Shown: in pieces, positions 10,801-20,975 of the stretch
How the letters are laid out: the number at the start of each line of letters is the position of its first letter
Numbering within the stretch: position 1 is the stretch's first letter
DNA from: Rotaria sordida
Taxonomy: Eukaryota
Assembly: GCA_905250005.1 (NCBI GenBank)
Contig: CAJNOH010000403.1
Location: forward strand, 82,708-112,723
Length of the DNA: 30,016 bases
Direction: 5' to 3'
Position numbers and translations under genes: made by a program
The notes under the pieces: generated by a model
Told to the model about the DNA's origin: nothing
The model's database searches: none
Seen by the model: only the letters and a program-made list of their open reading frames with translations

Positions 10801-12758
10801 TATTCGACATAGTTTATTGTTACTTGTTGAGTCGGATTAAATGCAATCGATAATAAATACTAAAAACAATTTTTATGATCTCTTTTTATTATACCTTTAT
10901 GACGAGTAGACTTTTCTGCAATGATACATAGAATTATACGTGTTTGATATCTTTAATTCCTATCCTAATCTGATCAATTCTAACAAGCTTAAAACGAAGG
11001 CTTTGTTATTCTTTTGAATAAATTCAGAGCACATATGGCTAGAGATCTATGATTTTTATTATCCAAAAGAGCGAAGTCGAAAACATGAATCTATGTAGAA
11101 ACCAATCTTTTAAGCACAATTCGTATTTATCACTTTACAATAAATTTATCTACATCCACTAGAATAAGCTTTAAAATATTCAAAACCTCTATTTGCTTTT
11201 TTTTATCACAGGGAATCATACTCTATTAAACAGATTAGTTTTTTCTGTTTCATAACTTAAATTGTTCATTGTTATGAATTAGTGAAAAATTATCTAACTA
11301 AATTCATTCGATAAAGCGTTCCACCCTTTGCATACTTCGACCAGAGAAATAATTTTCAGTAAAACAATCACCAATTCTTCTACTTGACATATGAGTTAAT
11401 TATAGGTTCACTATTTTCCATATCGAAATAATTCCTATTAGTAATCTCGATAAAAAAAAAGTATATTTATCATTTCATTCTTTTTGAAAAACTGTATGAA
11501 TCTCATTAAAAAATCGACTAGAAAGTTTTTGTTGGATCCGGTGTACGCTGTTGTGTAACAGAAGTTTATTACCAAAGTTAGAAAAGATACTTTCACATAC
11601 ATTAATATCAAATGTTAGATAGAATATACCAAGAGGCAACATAATACAGTTAGAAACTACATGAATTATTATATATAAGTAGGTATGCGCCATGAAAAGC
11701 TTCCAAAAGGTATGTATCCGTAGGCGTTCCTTGCCCATGGGCACAAACTTTTCAGAGACTTTTTATAACTCACCAAGGCCTACTTATGGGCAAAATATCA
11801 GTTCAAAAGGACGTGAACATGTCGGAATATTTCCTTGTTAATTCTGACTAGTTGACTAGGTCGCTAGGTAATTGAGACTGATGCATGCCTATATAATAGA
11901 AGGAAAAACCGAAAAAAAAACAATTGGGATAATGCTTGACACAAAGAAAACGAGAGAACGAACACGGATAATTAATATCTTTAGTAGAATTTCTCTCCCA
12001 CAAGATATGTTAAATATATGCTTAAATAATTTTTAATCATCTCTTTTGAATCATTGTTTATATTTTGATAATTTAGTCAAGCAAAATCCATTATAAACAA
12101 AGAGAATTCCAATGATAATATATCGAGTCGTGGCTCTCCAACAGAGTCATATAGTTCATTGAATGATATTACTCCTATTTCTATGTCAACACCTGAGCAT
12201 GTTTCATCTCATCCATTAACTCATCATCAACAACAGCAACAACAACAACAGCAAGTTTTACCTGATGAAGAACAAGAAATAGTTGTTAATATTGTTGATA
12301 TCGATCGTCAAAAATTAATTGATAAATTATTAAAACAACAAAAATTACTTGTACGACGTAATGAAAAAATCGAATTTTTAAATGATCATATACAATTATT
12401 AACACAAGATTTACAAAATAAACGTAAAATAATTCAAACATACGCAATGAATGAAGATAGTTTTATGTATACATCAAATGAATCAGATTTAATTAAACAA
12501 CAATTAGCAAATAAAGCTCGAAATTCATCATCATCATTAATGGCAACATTATATAATCGTGCAGCAACAACTGTTAATCAAACAACAAATAAATTTTTTG
12601 ACCAATCATCACCCATGACACTTGAAACAGCATTAGATATTATGGGAAAATTACAAGCAGTTTTAGAGGATACACTTTTAAAAAACATAACATTAAAAGA
12701 AAATGTTGATACATTAAGTAAAGAAATTGAAAGATTGTCAAAACGAACAATAAAATAG
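4897..12758 (+). CDS. Long coiled-coil (golgin-type) protein, probably CCDC186/CCCP-1 orthologue (4 exons; 702 aa) with a poly-Q tract
   Basis: Exons: 4897..5014 (ATG 4897; donor G|GTGAGA), 6063..6632, 9436..10174, 12077..12758 (stop TAG 12756..12758). Total 2109 nt, in frame. The protein is almost entirely heptad-repeat coiled coil (K/E/L/Q rich). The conserved-looking C-terminal block reads RRNEKIEFLNDHIQLLTQDLQNKRKIIQTYA ... SSLMATLYNRA ... DIMGKLQAVLEDTLLKNITLKENVDTLSKEIERL. This resembles what I recall of the C-terminal CC3 region of CCDC186. Identity is tentative, gene structure fairly firm. Introns 2 and 3 are 2.8 and 1.9 kb and contain the repeats listed below. Confidence 0.65.
5135..5425. 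repeat. Inverted repeat pair (~80 bp arms, ~130 bp spacer) inside intron 1 of the coiled-coil gene
   Basis: Left ttgcattaggattaattaatgtcaagttgttagcattaaattagcattatttttttattc matches the reverse complement of right gaattaaaaataatgctaagttaatcttaacagcctgacattaattaattctaatgtaa. Confidence 0.65.
5439..5560. repeat. Short palindromic (MITE-like) hairpin element, ~120 bp
   Basis: aggttcgaactgatctaagtctgttatctcaatatttctgaaat pairs with atttcagaaattttcagataacaaagttagattaattcgaactt. Confidence 0.7.
7336..7881. repeat. Long near-perfect palindrome / foldback element (~550 bp; two ~250 bp inverted arms around a short centre near 7600), MITE-like
   Basis: Left end gctgatatttttctcataggtaggactcagtaagactagatgaagcctaataagataa (7336..) is the reverse complement of the right end ttatcttagtagaccttttctagtcttagtaggtcctatttatgagaaaaatatcagtgc (..7881). 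Inner segments also pair, for example cgagttatgagcattttactaggtttacgacttattacaagagatttactgaaaactcaaagtatagagtgtcgatctgaaattttt with aaattttgagatcgaaactctatactttaagtcttcagtaatctcttgtaataagtaataaactcaataaaagactcataactcg, and caaaacgagtgcttctttcttg with cgagaaagaagcactcattttg. It lies in intron 2 of the coiled-coil gene. Confidence 0.8.
9100..9340 (+). repeat. GC-richer dispersed repeat unit (SINE/MITE-like), related in inverted orientation to 24590..24700
   Basis: Motifs ctcgggtttgaaaatcttg, ggactcgacaggctc and gaccgagttcgaaaattttgg recur as the reverse complement in 24600..24690 (cgactctgtcggagtcgaagtcagaatcgggtttctgaa). Similarity is moderate, judged by eye. Confidence 0.4.
12228..12254 (+). 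repeat. CAA/CAG trinucleotide run encoding a poly-glutamine tract (about 9-10 Q) inside exon 4 of the coiled-coil gene
   Basis: Sequence caacaacagcaacaacaacaacagcaa in frame (HHQQQQQQQQQV). Confidence 0.8.
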
Positions 12759-12940
12759 ATCTGTTTTTTTTTTTTGTTTTTATTCTTTGTGGATGCTGTC
12801 AGATTTATTTATTTATTTTTTTTGTTTTCGTCGTGCAACAGTGGAATTATTAATTGTATTAATATAAATATATGACAAAATATATTTATTCCTCATTGCT
12901 TCTTAATAGAAAATATCAAATAATTTATTTCATTTTGTTT

Positions 12941-12952
12941 TCTTTTTCTCAG
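12941..12952 (+). promoter_or_regulatory. Polypyrimidine tract + AG (tctttttctcag) 9 nt upstream of the MZT1 ATG: candidate (trans-)splice acceptor
   Basis: Sequence tctttttctcag|attaaaacaATG. The gene lies only 204 bp downstream of the stop codon of the preceding same-strand gene. Confidence 0.35.
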
Positions 12953-12961
12953 ATTAAAACA

Positions 12962-13183
12962 ATGCCAATTGTGAAATCAACTTCAACAGTAAGTGAATCA
13001 ACAACAAATGAAGCACGTGAAGCACTTGATTGTCTTCATGAATTATCACAATTACTCAATACTGGCTTAGATAAAAAAACATTAACTGCATGTGTTAGAT
13101 TACTTGAAGCTGGTGTTCATCCTGATGCGCTTGCACAAATTATTCAAGTTCTTAGGACAGAAACACGACCAACAAAGCTTTAA
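12962..13183 (+). CDS. MZT1: Mitotic-spindle organizing protein 1 (MOZART1), gamma-tubulin ring complex small subunit; single exon, 73 aa
   Basis: ORF MPIVKSTSTVSESTTNEAREALDCLHELSQLLNTGLDKKTLTACVRLLEAGVHPDALAQIIQVLRTETRPTKL. The core EALDCLHELSQLLNTGLDKKTLTACVRLLEAGVHPDALAQII matches the MOZART1 consensus (..[38 protein letters not shown]..). Start chosen at the first Met after a polypyrimidine-AG (12941..12952). The upstream in-frame Mets of the 12872 ORF lie in low-complexity AT sequence and are unlikely to be coding. Confidence 0.85.
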   Translation: MPIVKSTSTVSESTTNEAREALDCLHELSQLLNTGLDKKTLTACVRLLEAGVHPDALAQIIQVLRTETRPTKL

Positions 13184-13657
13184 TTTCATTTATTACATAA
13201 ATTAACTTTTTCTTTTTTTTTATAAAGTTCTTTATTATATCTGATAAATATGAACAAACATTTTCTCTATCTTGTTTTATATTTGATTGTTTTTATTTTA
13301 TCTTGCATGATATTTCGAATGTCAGAAAATCCTATCTTAAATGTTGCTTTTGAGAATTAATATCATTTACAGTAGAATTTTATATAAGTATAAATTTAAG
13401 TAGCAGGTAATATTACATTTTTTTTTATCATTATTATTCTTAATTAGGAAAATGATTTATAATGAACAAAATAACAAATTTTATGATATAATCATTATGA
13501 CTGAAATTTAATTATAGAATCAATCTATTATCAGTCAAAGGTATATTGCTTATTATTCTTCGAAGTAAAAATTCTAGTAAATAGAAACATTTTGGAAAAG
13601 GCAAGAGTCTATAGTAATATTATATTATTTTCTCAATTGTAACTACATATCTATGTC

Positions 13658-13790
13658 AGTGGCGGAGCTCAGTCTCCCTCAGTGAGATTTTTGAAGAAAA
13701 AAAATATATTGTTCAAAAATCTCACTAGGGAGCTCACAAAAATTCTTAACAGGGAGCTAAGTGTCCCTGGCTTCGCCACCAATCTATTTA
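13658..13790. repeat. Palindromic MITE-like element with imperfect terminal inverted repeats (cagtggcggagc / ggcttcgccacc) and an inner perfect stem
   Basis: Inner stem: cagtgagatttttgaa ... ttcaaaaatctcactag. Outer: ggagctcagtctccctc versus gggagctcacaaa..cagggagctaagtgtccctgg. It lies in the spacer between MZT1 and GALNT. Confidence 0.6.
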
Positions 13791-14543
13791 TGTTATCTTG
13801 AAATATTCCCCGACGGATGAATGCGATCATTCGACAAAATCTAATGAGAATCTGTAGGACGGAATCATTAATGTATCCGATGAAATCCGACACTCGGATT
13901 GCTCTGTCGTTAAGAATTTCAAGTTCACCTTCACCTAGCCGGATGAACTATGTGTGTGACAGAACATATCTATGAATATATAGAAGTGTCAGTTCATTCA
14001 TGTAGTCAATTGCGCAAGTGAACTACTCAGCAATCAGTTACATGGAGATCACTCAAAAACGTGAGCTCAGCTAGTAAACTTGAAATTTAGAGTTCAGTTT
14101 TGGATACCCATTTACCAAATTAGTGCTCATTTAATTCGTACACATTTAATTACTATTCACTTAATTAGTACTAGATTCTAACACTAAGGATTCGGATGTG
14201 ATTTTTGCATCTGGTTTTCGACTATATTTCTAGTGGATTTTATACAATGCTAATAGGATATGATAAGATCCGAATGTTGAATTGATTCTCTTAGGTTATT
14301 GAAATAATATAATTTCGATATTTTTTTACATTCTGCATGCGAATAAAGTCTCTGAATATATATATATATCACTACATTTACATAATCAAATTTTCTTTAC
14401 ACAATAGTTTTTCTTTGACTTTCCTGTCGTTCATGATATTTATAAATCAATACAAATTTTCTTTCTAGATTTTTGTTTGAATAATCTCAAAAGTCCAAAG
14501 AACAAAAGTCATTCTTCATTTTTTTTTTTTCGTTTGATTAATT

Positions 14544-17500
14544 ATGAATACATTATCATATCATCATTCAACATCAAGAGAAGTATTATTAAAACGTTTT
14601 CGTTTATGGAAACGTCAATATCTTCATGTAGTTATATACACATCATTATTTTGGATATTTGTTGATGTATTTTTTATAATGTTATTTTCTGATTGTACAA
14701 AAGAAGTTATTATTCCTTGTTCATCATCTTTATCAACTGATAAATATTCTACAATAAATGATCGTAATTTTCAATTACATCCGAAAATAATTATTGATAA
14801 AATAAACGAAAGAAATAAAATTATATTTGATAATAAAACTATGATTGAAACAACAAAGAAAAGTGTTGTTCCTAAATGGCAGAACATTGAGCCAGGTATA
14901 AATTTCATTTTGATTAGAAAAATAAAAACGAAAAAAGACATATGTTTTTTTTTCTATAATAGGAGCAACGAATCCAACGAATTGGCATGGTGAAGCTGGT
15001 CGTGCTGTTGTTATTCCAGATGAATTAAAAGAAGAATCAAAAAAACGTTTTGGAGAAAATCAATTTAATATTATTGCTTCAGATCTTATAGCTCTTAATC
15101 GATCAGTTAAAGATCAACGATCAGCAAGGTTTTTATATTTTATTTCAATTCATCTTTAATTACTTTCTTTTTTTATTTTAGATGTCGATCACATAAATTT
15201 CCATCTGATTTACCATCAACATCAATTATTATTGTATTTCATAATGAAGGTAATTCAACATTACTTCGAACATTAACAAGTATTATTTTACGAAGTCCAA
15301 TACAATATATACATGAAATAATCATGGTTGATGATGCTAGTATTGCTCGAGGTAAGATTGATTTCCATATTTCGTTGTTTTTTTTTCTCTCATATTTGTT
15401 CTTTTTTATTTATTTATAGACTATCTTAAAGATCCATTAGAAGCATTTACTAAAGAATTGCCTGTTTCAGTTCATATATTACGAAATACTGACCGATTAG
15501 GATTAATGAAATCTCGATTACGAGGTAAATAGAATAGAAATAAAAATAATGATAGAAAAAGTATTCTTGTCTAATTTAAAGGTGCCGAAATAGCAACTGG
15601 TGATACATTAACTTTTCTTGATGCTCATATTGAATGTTCATCTGGATGGCTTCAATATTTATTATATGAAGTTAAAAAAGATCGGTATGTATTAAGTTTG
15701 ATTTATTAAACGGATATTCAATAGACATAATTCTCAATTAGTTTTCATATCTATGAATTTGCTCAATTTTTAAAAGAAAAACATAATATCAACTTAAAGA
15801 AAATCATTTTCTGGTGATTAAATATGATCCAACTATCATGACGAGACTCCCATTCTTTGCTGCTGTCCACATAACTGGTTGTACAGGTCCGCAAAGTATT
15901 CTTTCCATCGATTTAGAATGTCTTCTTCTCGTGTTAGGAGTCGACTAGTGGTATCTTTTACTGAACGAGTTGGTTTTTTGTCGACGAATGATTTGCCAGA
16001 ATACTATGTTTGTTGAGTAGTAGTTGGATTTCAGTTGATGATCAAAATTGTCCCAAGACCTCGCTTGTGCTTCAACCACAAGTTTCTTTGTATTGTCTCG
16101 TAGTTGTTTATAGTTTTGCCAATTTTCTTGTGTTTACCATTGTATCCATTCACGATATACTGTTTTTCTTCTTACTAATAGCCGTACGAACTTCTTCAGT
16201 TCATCATGTTGTTTTCTTTTGTCCATGTTGAAGTCCAACATGCTCTCGTTTGACACGCATTATCGTCACAATTCGTTGTATGTTATCCGATACAATGATG
16301 AAGTCGATCAATGATCGCTGAGTCATTGAGTCTCTTGTATTACATCATGTATATATTTGCGGATTTTCTTGTGTTGGAAAAAAAGTATTCATTATCGATA
16401 AACCACCACTAGCACAAAAATCTAACAGTTATTGACTTTAGTTATTGAGATCTTTATCACCATTTTGTCCAATCACGCCGTTCCCTATTTGTGAGTTGTT
16501 TCCAACATGTGTATTGAAATCTTCAATTAATAATATAGAATCTGTCACCGGGACGCTTTCCATAGTTGTAAGAACTAAATCAAGAAATGTCGTGTAATCT
16601 GCTTCGGTGTTAGGTGCATAAACTTGAATAACTGTTAGAATTGTCTTCTTTAATTGAAGTCTTAAAAGAGCAACTCTTTCTTTGATCGGTCTCCATTCCA
16701 GAACTGCATCGGCCAGACGAGGATGTAAGAGTATTCCTACTCTAGCTTGAGCATGAATTGTTGGATCGACGCTGGAATAAAATAATTGCCATCCATTGTT
16801 CAGAATCAATAATCTTTTGCCTTTCCGTTTTGTTGATGAAATTCCAAGTATATCTAGTTGATATTTTTTCACTTCTTCAATTAATTCTATTTCTTTGTTA
16901 GTAAGTGACGTTACATTTCATGTATCTATAGTCATTTTGTACTGATGTTGTCGATTCTGACGTTTAGTTCTACGAAATGTGCCGTTTAAGCATCGCGCCA
17001 TTTCCTCGTGCCCTCTAAGACAGTTGGCGAAACTATCACTATCCACTTGCTGATGTTGAGTAGTTAGTCTCCGTAACTTTTTCGGATGGATTCTAGATCC
17101 GAATGAATGATAGAATAGTGATATATTGAATTAGATGTTGTCACTCTGTCCATTATCTTTTCCCATATTTTGATCTAAAAAAAGCATACAATTTGGTTAT
17201 TGATAGAATTGATTCCATCATAAGAGTTTTCCGATTGATGATTCCTTAGATTAATTGTTGTTAAATGAATGGATTTGATCTTGATCGAATACATATTGTT
17301 CTAAGAATATCATTCTTCTCTAGTTCGATAATCAATCTATTTCTCTACAATGACTGTTTAGTTTAAAATTTATGACATAAATTAGAGATGAACCAATCTG
17401 ATGTTTTGGCGACTAATACCGACTTTATGTCTGAAACTGATCATTTGATCTGTGATTCAGTTCTTATAATTCATTGAGTAGTGAAATATTGATATTCATT

Positions 17501-19684
17501 TTGAATGAATTTAAGAATTGAAGAACAAGTTATGACAGAATACTTTGATTAAATTTAAAAATGATATGTTTTTAATCATTTTAGAACAGCTGTTGTATGT
17601 CCTATAATTGATGTCATCAATGATAATGATTTTTCTTATTTAACTGGTAGTGACATGACTTGGGTATATCGAAATACAAAACTATTTGATTTAATACAAA
17701 ATTTTTTGTTTTATTTTTTAAGGGTGGATTTAATTGGAGATTAAACTTTCGTTGGTATCCAGTACCGCAACGAGAGGAAATTCGTCGAAATAATGATCAT
17801 TCATTACCATTATTGTATAATTGAAATATTGATAGGATTTATTTTTTTCTTAATTTATTTGTTTGTTTTTTTAAAATTAAATAGGTCTCCAACAATGGCT
17901 GGTGGTTTATTTACAATAGATCGTAAATATTTTTATGAAATTGGTGCTTATGATCCAGGTATGGAAGTGTGGGGTGGTGAAAATCTAGAAATGTCATTTC
18001 GTATTTGGCAATGTGGTGGAAAAGTTCTTATTCATCCATGTAAGAAATATTATTGAAATTTAACATTACTATTTTAATCGAATATTTCTTAAAGGTAGTC
18101 ATGTTGGTCATGTATTTCGTAAACAAACTCCATATACATTTCCTGGTGGTACTGGTAATGTTATTTATCATAATAATAAACGTCTTGTTGAAGTATGGCT
18201 TGATAAATATAAAGATTTTATTTATACAATTATACCTGGTTTGTATTTATTGAAAGAAAAACAAGATTTGATAGATTTTTTGTGTTTTGTTTTTTTGGTA
18301 GAATTAAAACGTGTAGATGCTGGTGATGTATCAGAACGTCTTGCACTTCGTGAACGTCTTAAATGTAAAGATTTTCAATGGTATTTGCAAAATATATATC
18401 CTGAAAGTTCAATGCCTGTTAATTTTTATCATGTTGGAATAGTAAGGTTGATTTTATTTTTTCTCTTCATATTTTCAGTGATATTTCAAAATCATGTTAA
18501 ACTTTTTTGTTACATATAACTCCTATCTTTCGGGTGAATAGTTAAAAAATGAAGTATATGATTGTGCCGATTCACTCGGACTTACCAATGACAATGGAAT
18601 TGAACACAATGCAGGCATTTTACCTTGTCGCCATCAAGGTGTAAATCAGGTGTGTATAATAATCTTTATCTTCTTTTTATTTTATTTCAGATACGTATCG
18701 AGTCAATGTTTTGTTTGACTGTTCATCATGTCTACGGTAGTCAAGGGGCGAATCGTACGGCTACATTAAATACACAAAAATGTATTGATCGAACGCATTC
18801 CCCTACGACTGCCATTTATCAGGTGCAGTAATAGAGCATGTTTAGAAAACAAATCACTATTGCATGATAATGTTGCTTTGTATTTTTAATCGTCGATGAA
18901 TGTCTTTGTTATGAACAAATAATATGATGTAATTGGAATGTAAAACATCTGCATGCAAAAATATTATTGAAAATAATGTTTCTTTTGAACAGAAATGAAA
19001 GTGAAAGATGTAATTGATTTAAGAAATCATGATGCTCATGGATAGAGCCTATTGAATCTACTGCTAAATTGAGTTAATATAAGTTCTTAAATTCAATAAG
19101 CTCTATCTGCCATTTAATGCACCTTTTATCTTGAAATATAATAATAAATAATGCTAGAACAATGCTGAACATTTTTATCTATTGAGAATATCACTTGCTC
19201 GATATTTTCAATCGAATTATTCTAATTAAATCTCTGTATAAAAATGATTTCTTTTCATCATTATATTTGATTTGTACACGAAAAAAAATTTTGATTTTAT
19301 ATAGATTTTGGTTTATTCCAAAAAAAATGAACTTCGTTTTGATGATCTTTGTATGGAAGCTAATGCAAATAGTGCTGTTAAATTACAAAAATGTTCAGGA
19401 AATGAAAAACAAATATGGAATTATAATAATGAAGTATGTTTAATCTTGTTTTGTTTATTATATCAAATAAACTTTTCTTCTAGACAAAACAAATGAAACA
19501 TGTTAAATCTGAACAATGTATGGCTACTGATAAGACAAAAAGTCCTGGTCATTTAATTCTTGGTAAAGAAAATTAAAGATAAAATAAAGATTGTTTTCAA
19601 AGAAAAAATTATATTTTAGTTTCTTGTAAACAAGAAAATAATGCAAATCAACGATGGTATTTGGAACAAGCAGTGTTAACATAA
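14544..19684 (+). CDS. Polypeptide N-acetylgalactosaminyltransferase (GalNAc-T, GT27 catalytic domain + C-terminal ricin-B lectin domain); 14 exons, 628 aa
   Basis: Exons: 14544..14895, 14963..15128, 15182..15351, 15420..15524, 15582..15684, 17585..17663, 17723..17814, 17885..18039, 18095..18238, 18302..18441, 18542..18649, 19305..19433, 19484..19562, 19620..19684 (stop TAA 19682..19684). Total 1887 nt, in frame. It is a type-II membrane protein with an N-terminal TM helix ([19 protein letters not shown]). Diagnostic GalNAc-T motifs: GT-A region [18 protein letters not shown] and DxH in [14 protein letters not shown], then [100 protein letters not shown]. Lectin-domain repeats with QxW: [11 protein letters not shown] and NQRWYLE. 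Intron 5 (15685..17584) carries a LINE fragment. Confidence 0.88.
15800..16950 (-). mobile_element. Degenerate non-LTR retrotransposon (LINE, CR1/RTE-like) ORF2 fragment: apurinic-endonuclease (EEP) domain plus linker, with stop codons; antisense within GALNT intron 5
   Basis: Minus-strand ORF 16438..16872 encodes [34 protein letters not shown]...ARVGILLHP...[20 protein letters not shown]...[12 protein letters not shown]. These are the typical LINE endonuclease blocks (YDIDILGISETR.., ..GVGI.., ..YAP.., ..GDFN..). Downstream, on lower coordinates, the interrupted frames still read ..[15 protein letters not shown].., the conserved linker motif preceding the reverse-transcriptase domain. No intact RT domain is visible, so the copy is truncated/decayed. 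Boundaries are approximate. Confidence 0.6.
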
Positions 19685-20975
19685 TTATGTTTTAAACTAA
19701 TACTCGTATAATTTCTTGTTTTTATTTAGTTATTAATTACTCATTTTTTTAATATTTATTCGTTCCTTTTATCTTCTATTGCATTTGAAATATGTCTATC
19801 TCGTGCTATTAATAACATTCCATATGTTGTTTTCTTTTTCTAAAAATAATTTGTGAACTTGATGAGATTCTCTAGTCGAACACGGCAATCTCTTCCAATA
19901 TATTGCTTCTTATTTTAAACGGATTTCTTGAAAAAAAAAGACAGAAACTATAGTTGATATTTATTTTCTTTGTTATTATTATAAAAATGTTTCGTTTGTT
20001 ATCTCACCTATAATAATCATTCAAAAACTCCTTATTTTTATCACTTCATCTTTGAGCATTTCATATTTTACTTTTTCAGAAGTTTTCTTTTATTTGTTCT
20101 TCTATTGATTTTTAAATTAAATATACTGGTTTATCGAAAGAGAAGGATAATCTATAATAAAAAAAAAATGATTTTCAAAGAATAGACATTTAGTTCAACG
20201 TTAGAATAGAAATGTTTTGTATGATGGAAAATTCTCCATTAATTATTTGATTAATTAAGAAATTGAAACTTAAGTTAGGCAATTTAGCCGAAAATATGTC
20301 GAGCTTTTAGGTTTCTCAACTGAATGTCCCTAACTATGTACAAGAAAGAAATCGCAAAAATTCTGCATTTCCTTACTTTTGGACTACCTCCTATAGTGCA
20401 GTAAGGAATATTTCAAAAAATACTTCACTATTCGACTTCTTTTTTAAACATGTCGAATGTAGTTCTTATTCATCGTAGAGCATCAAATTTGAAATATTAA
20501 TCCAATAGCAACCTTCGCTTAAGATTCAAAAGATGTTCTAAGATATGCTGTTTTTTTAATCCATAATTTATATTCACTGTAACACTAACTAGCAAAGAAA
20601 TTCTTGCTCACAAATTAGCTTTTGTATGTGATTTACATAAGAGAAAACGTCACTATCGATGATGAAAAACTAAATGGAATATTTTAATTTTTATATATTC
20701 GTTTGAGTCATTTTGAAAAATTTTGGAATAATCTTATTCGGATCTTTTCTACAAGACTTTGTCTGATCTTATTTAACTGTAAATCCATTCACTAAATTTC
20801 GTGACTAAGTATTTCGATATTTGTTTCTTTCATCGCCAATAGAATAGTTTCAAGCAATTTTTTTAAACAATTTTTTGATGATTTCATCTTAATCGAGCAA
20901 TTGGCAGATATAATGTGCTAAACACACCAAGAACGTGTACAATGTTTCAAAACAAAAAAAAAAAATAATAAAATA

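Noticed and set aside
17793-18056. Tool [16 protein letters not shown]...[56 protein letters not shown] as a single gene
   Set aside because: Only the part from SPTMAGG onward is coding (GALNT exon 8, 17885..18039). The N-terminal part is intron read in frame.
18625-18831. Tool ORF as an independent small gene
   Set aside because: It is better explained as an intronic or alternative segment of the GALNT gene (see finding). There is no start context or independent evidence.
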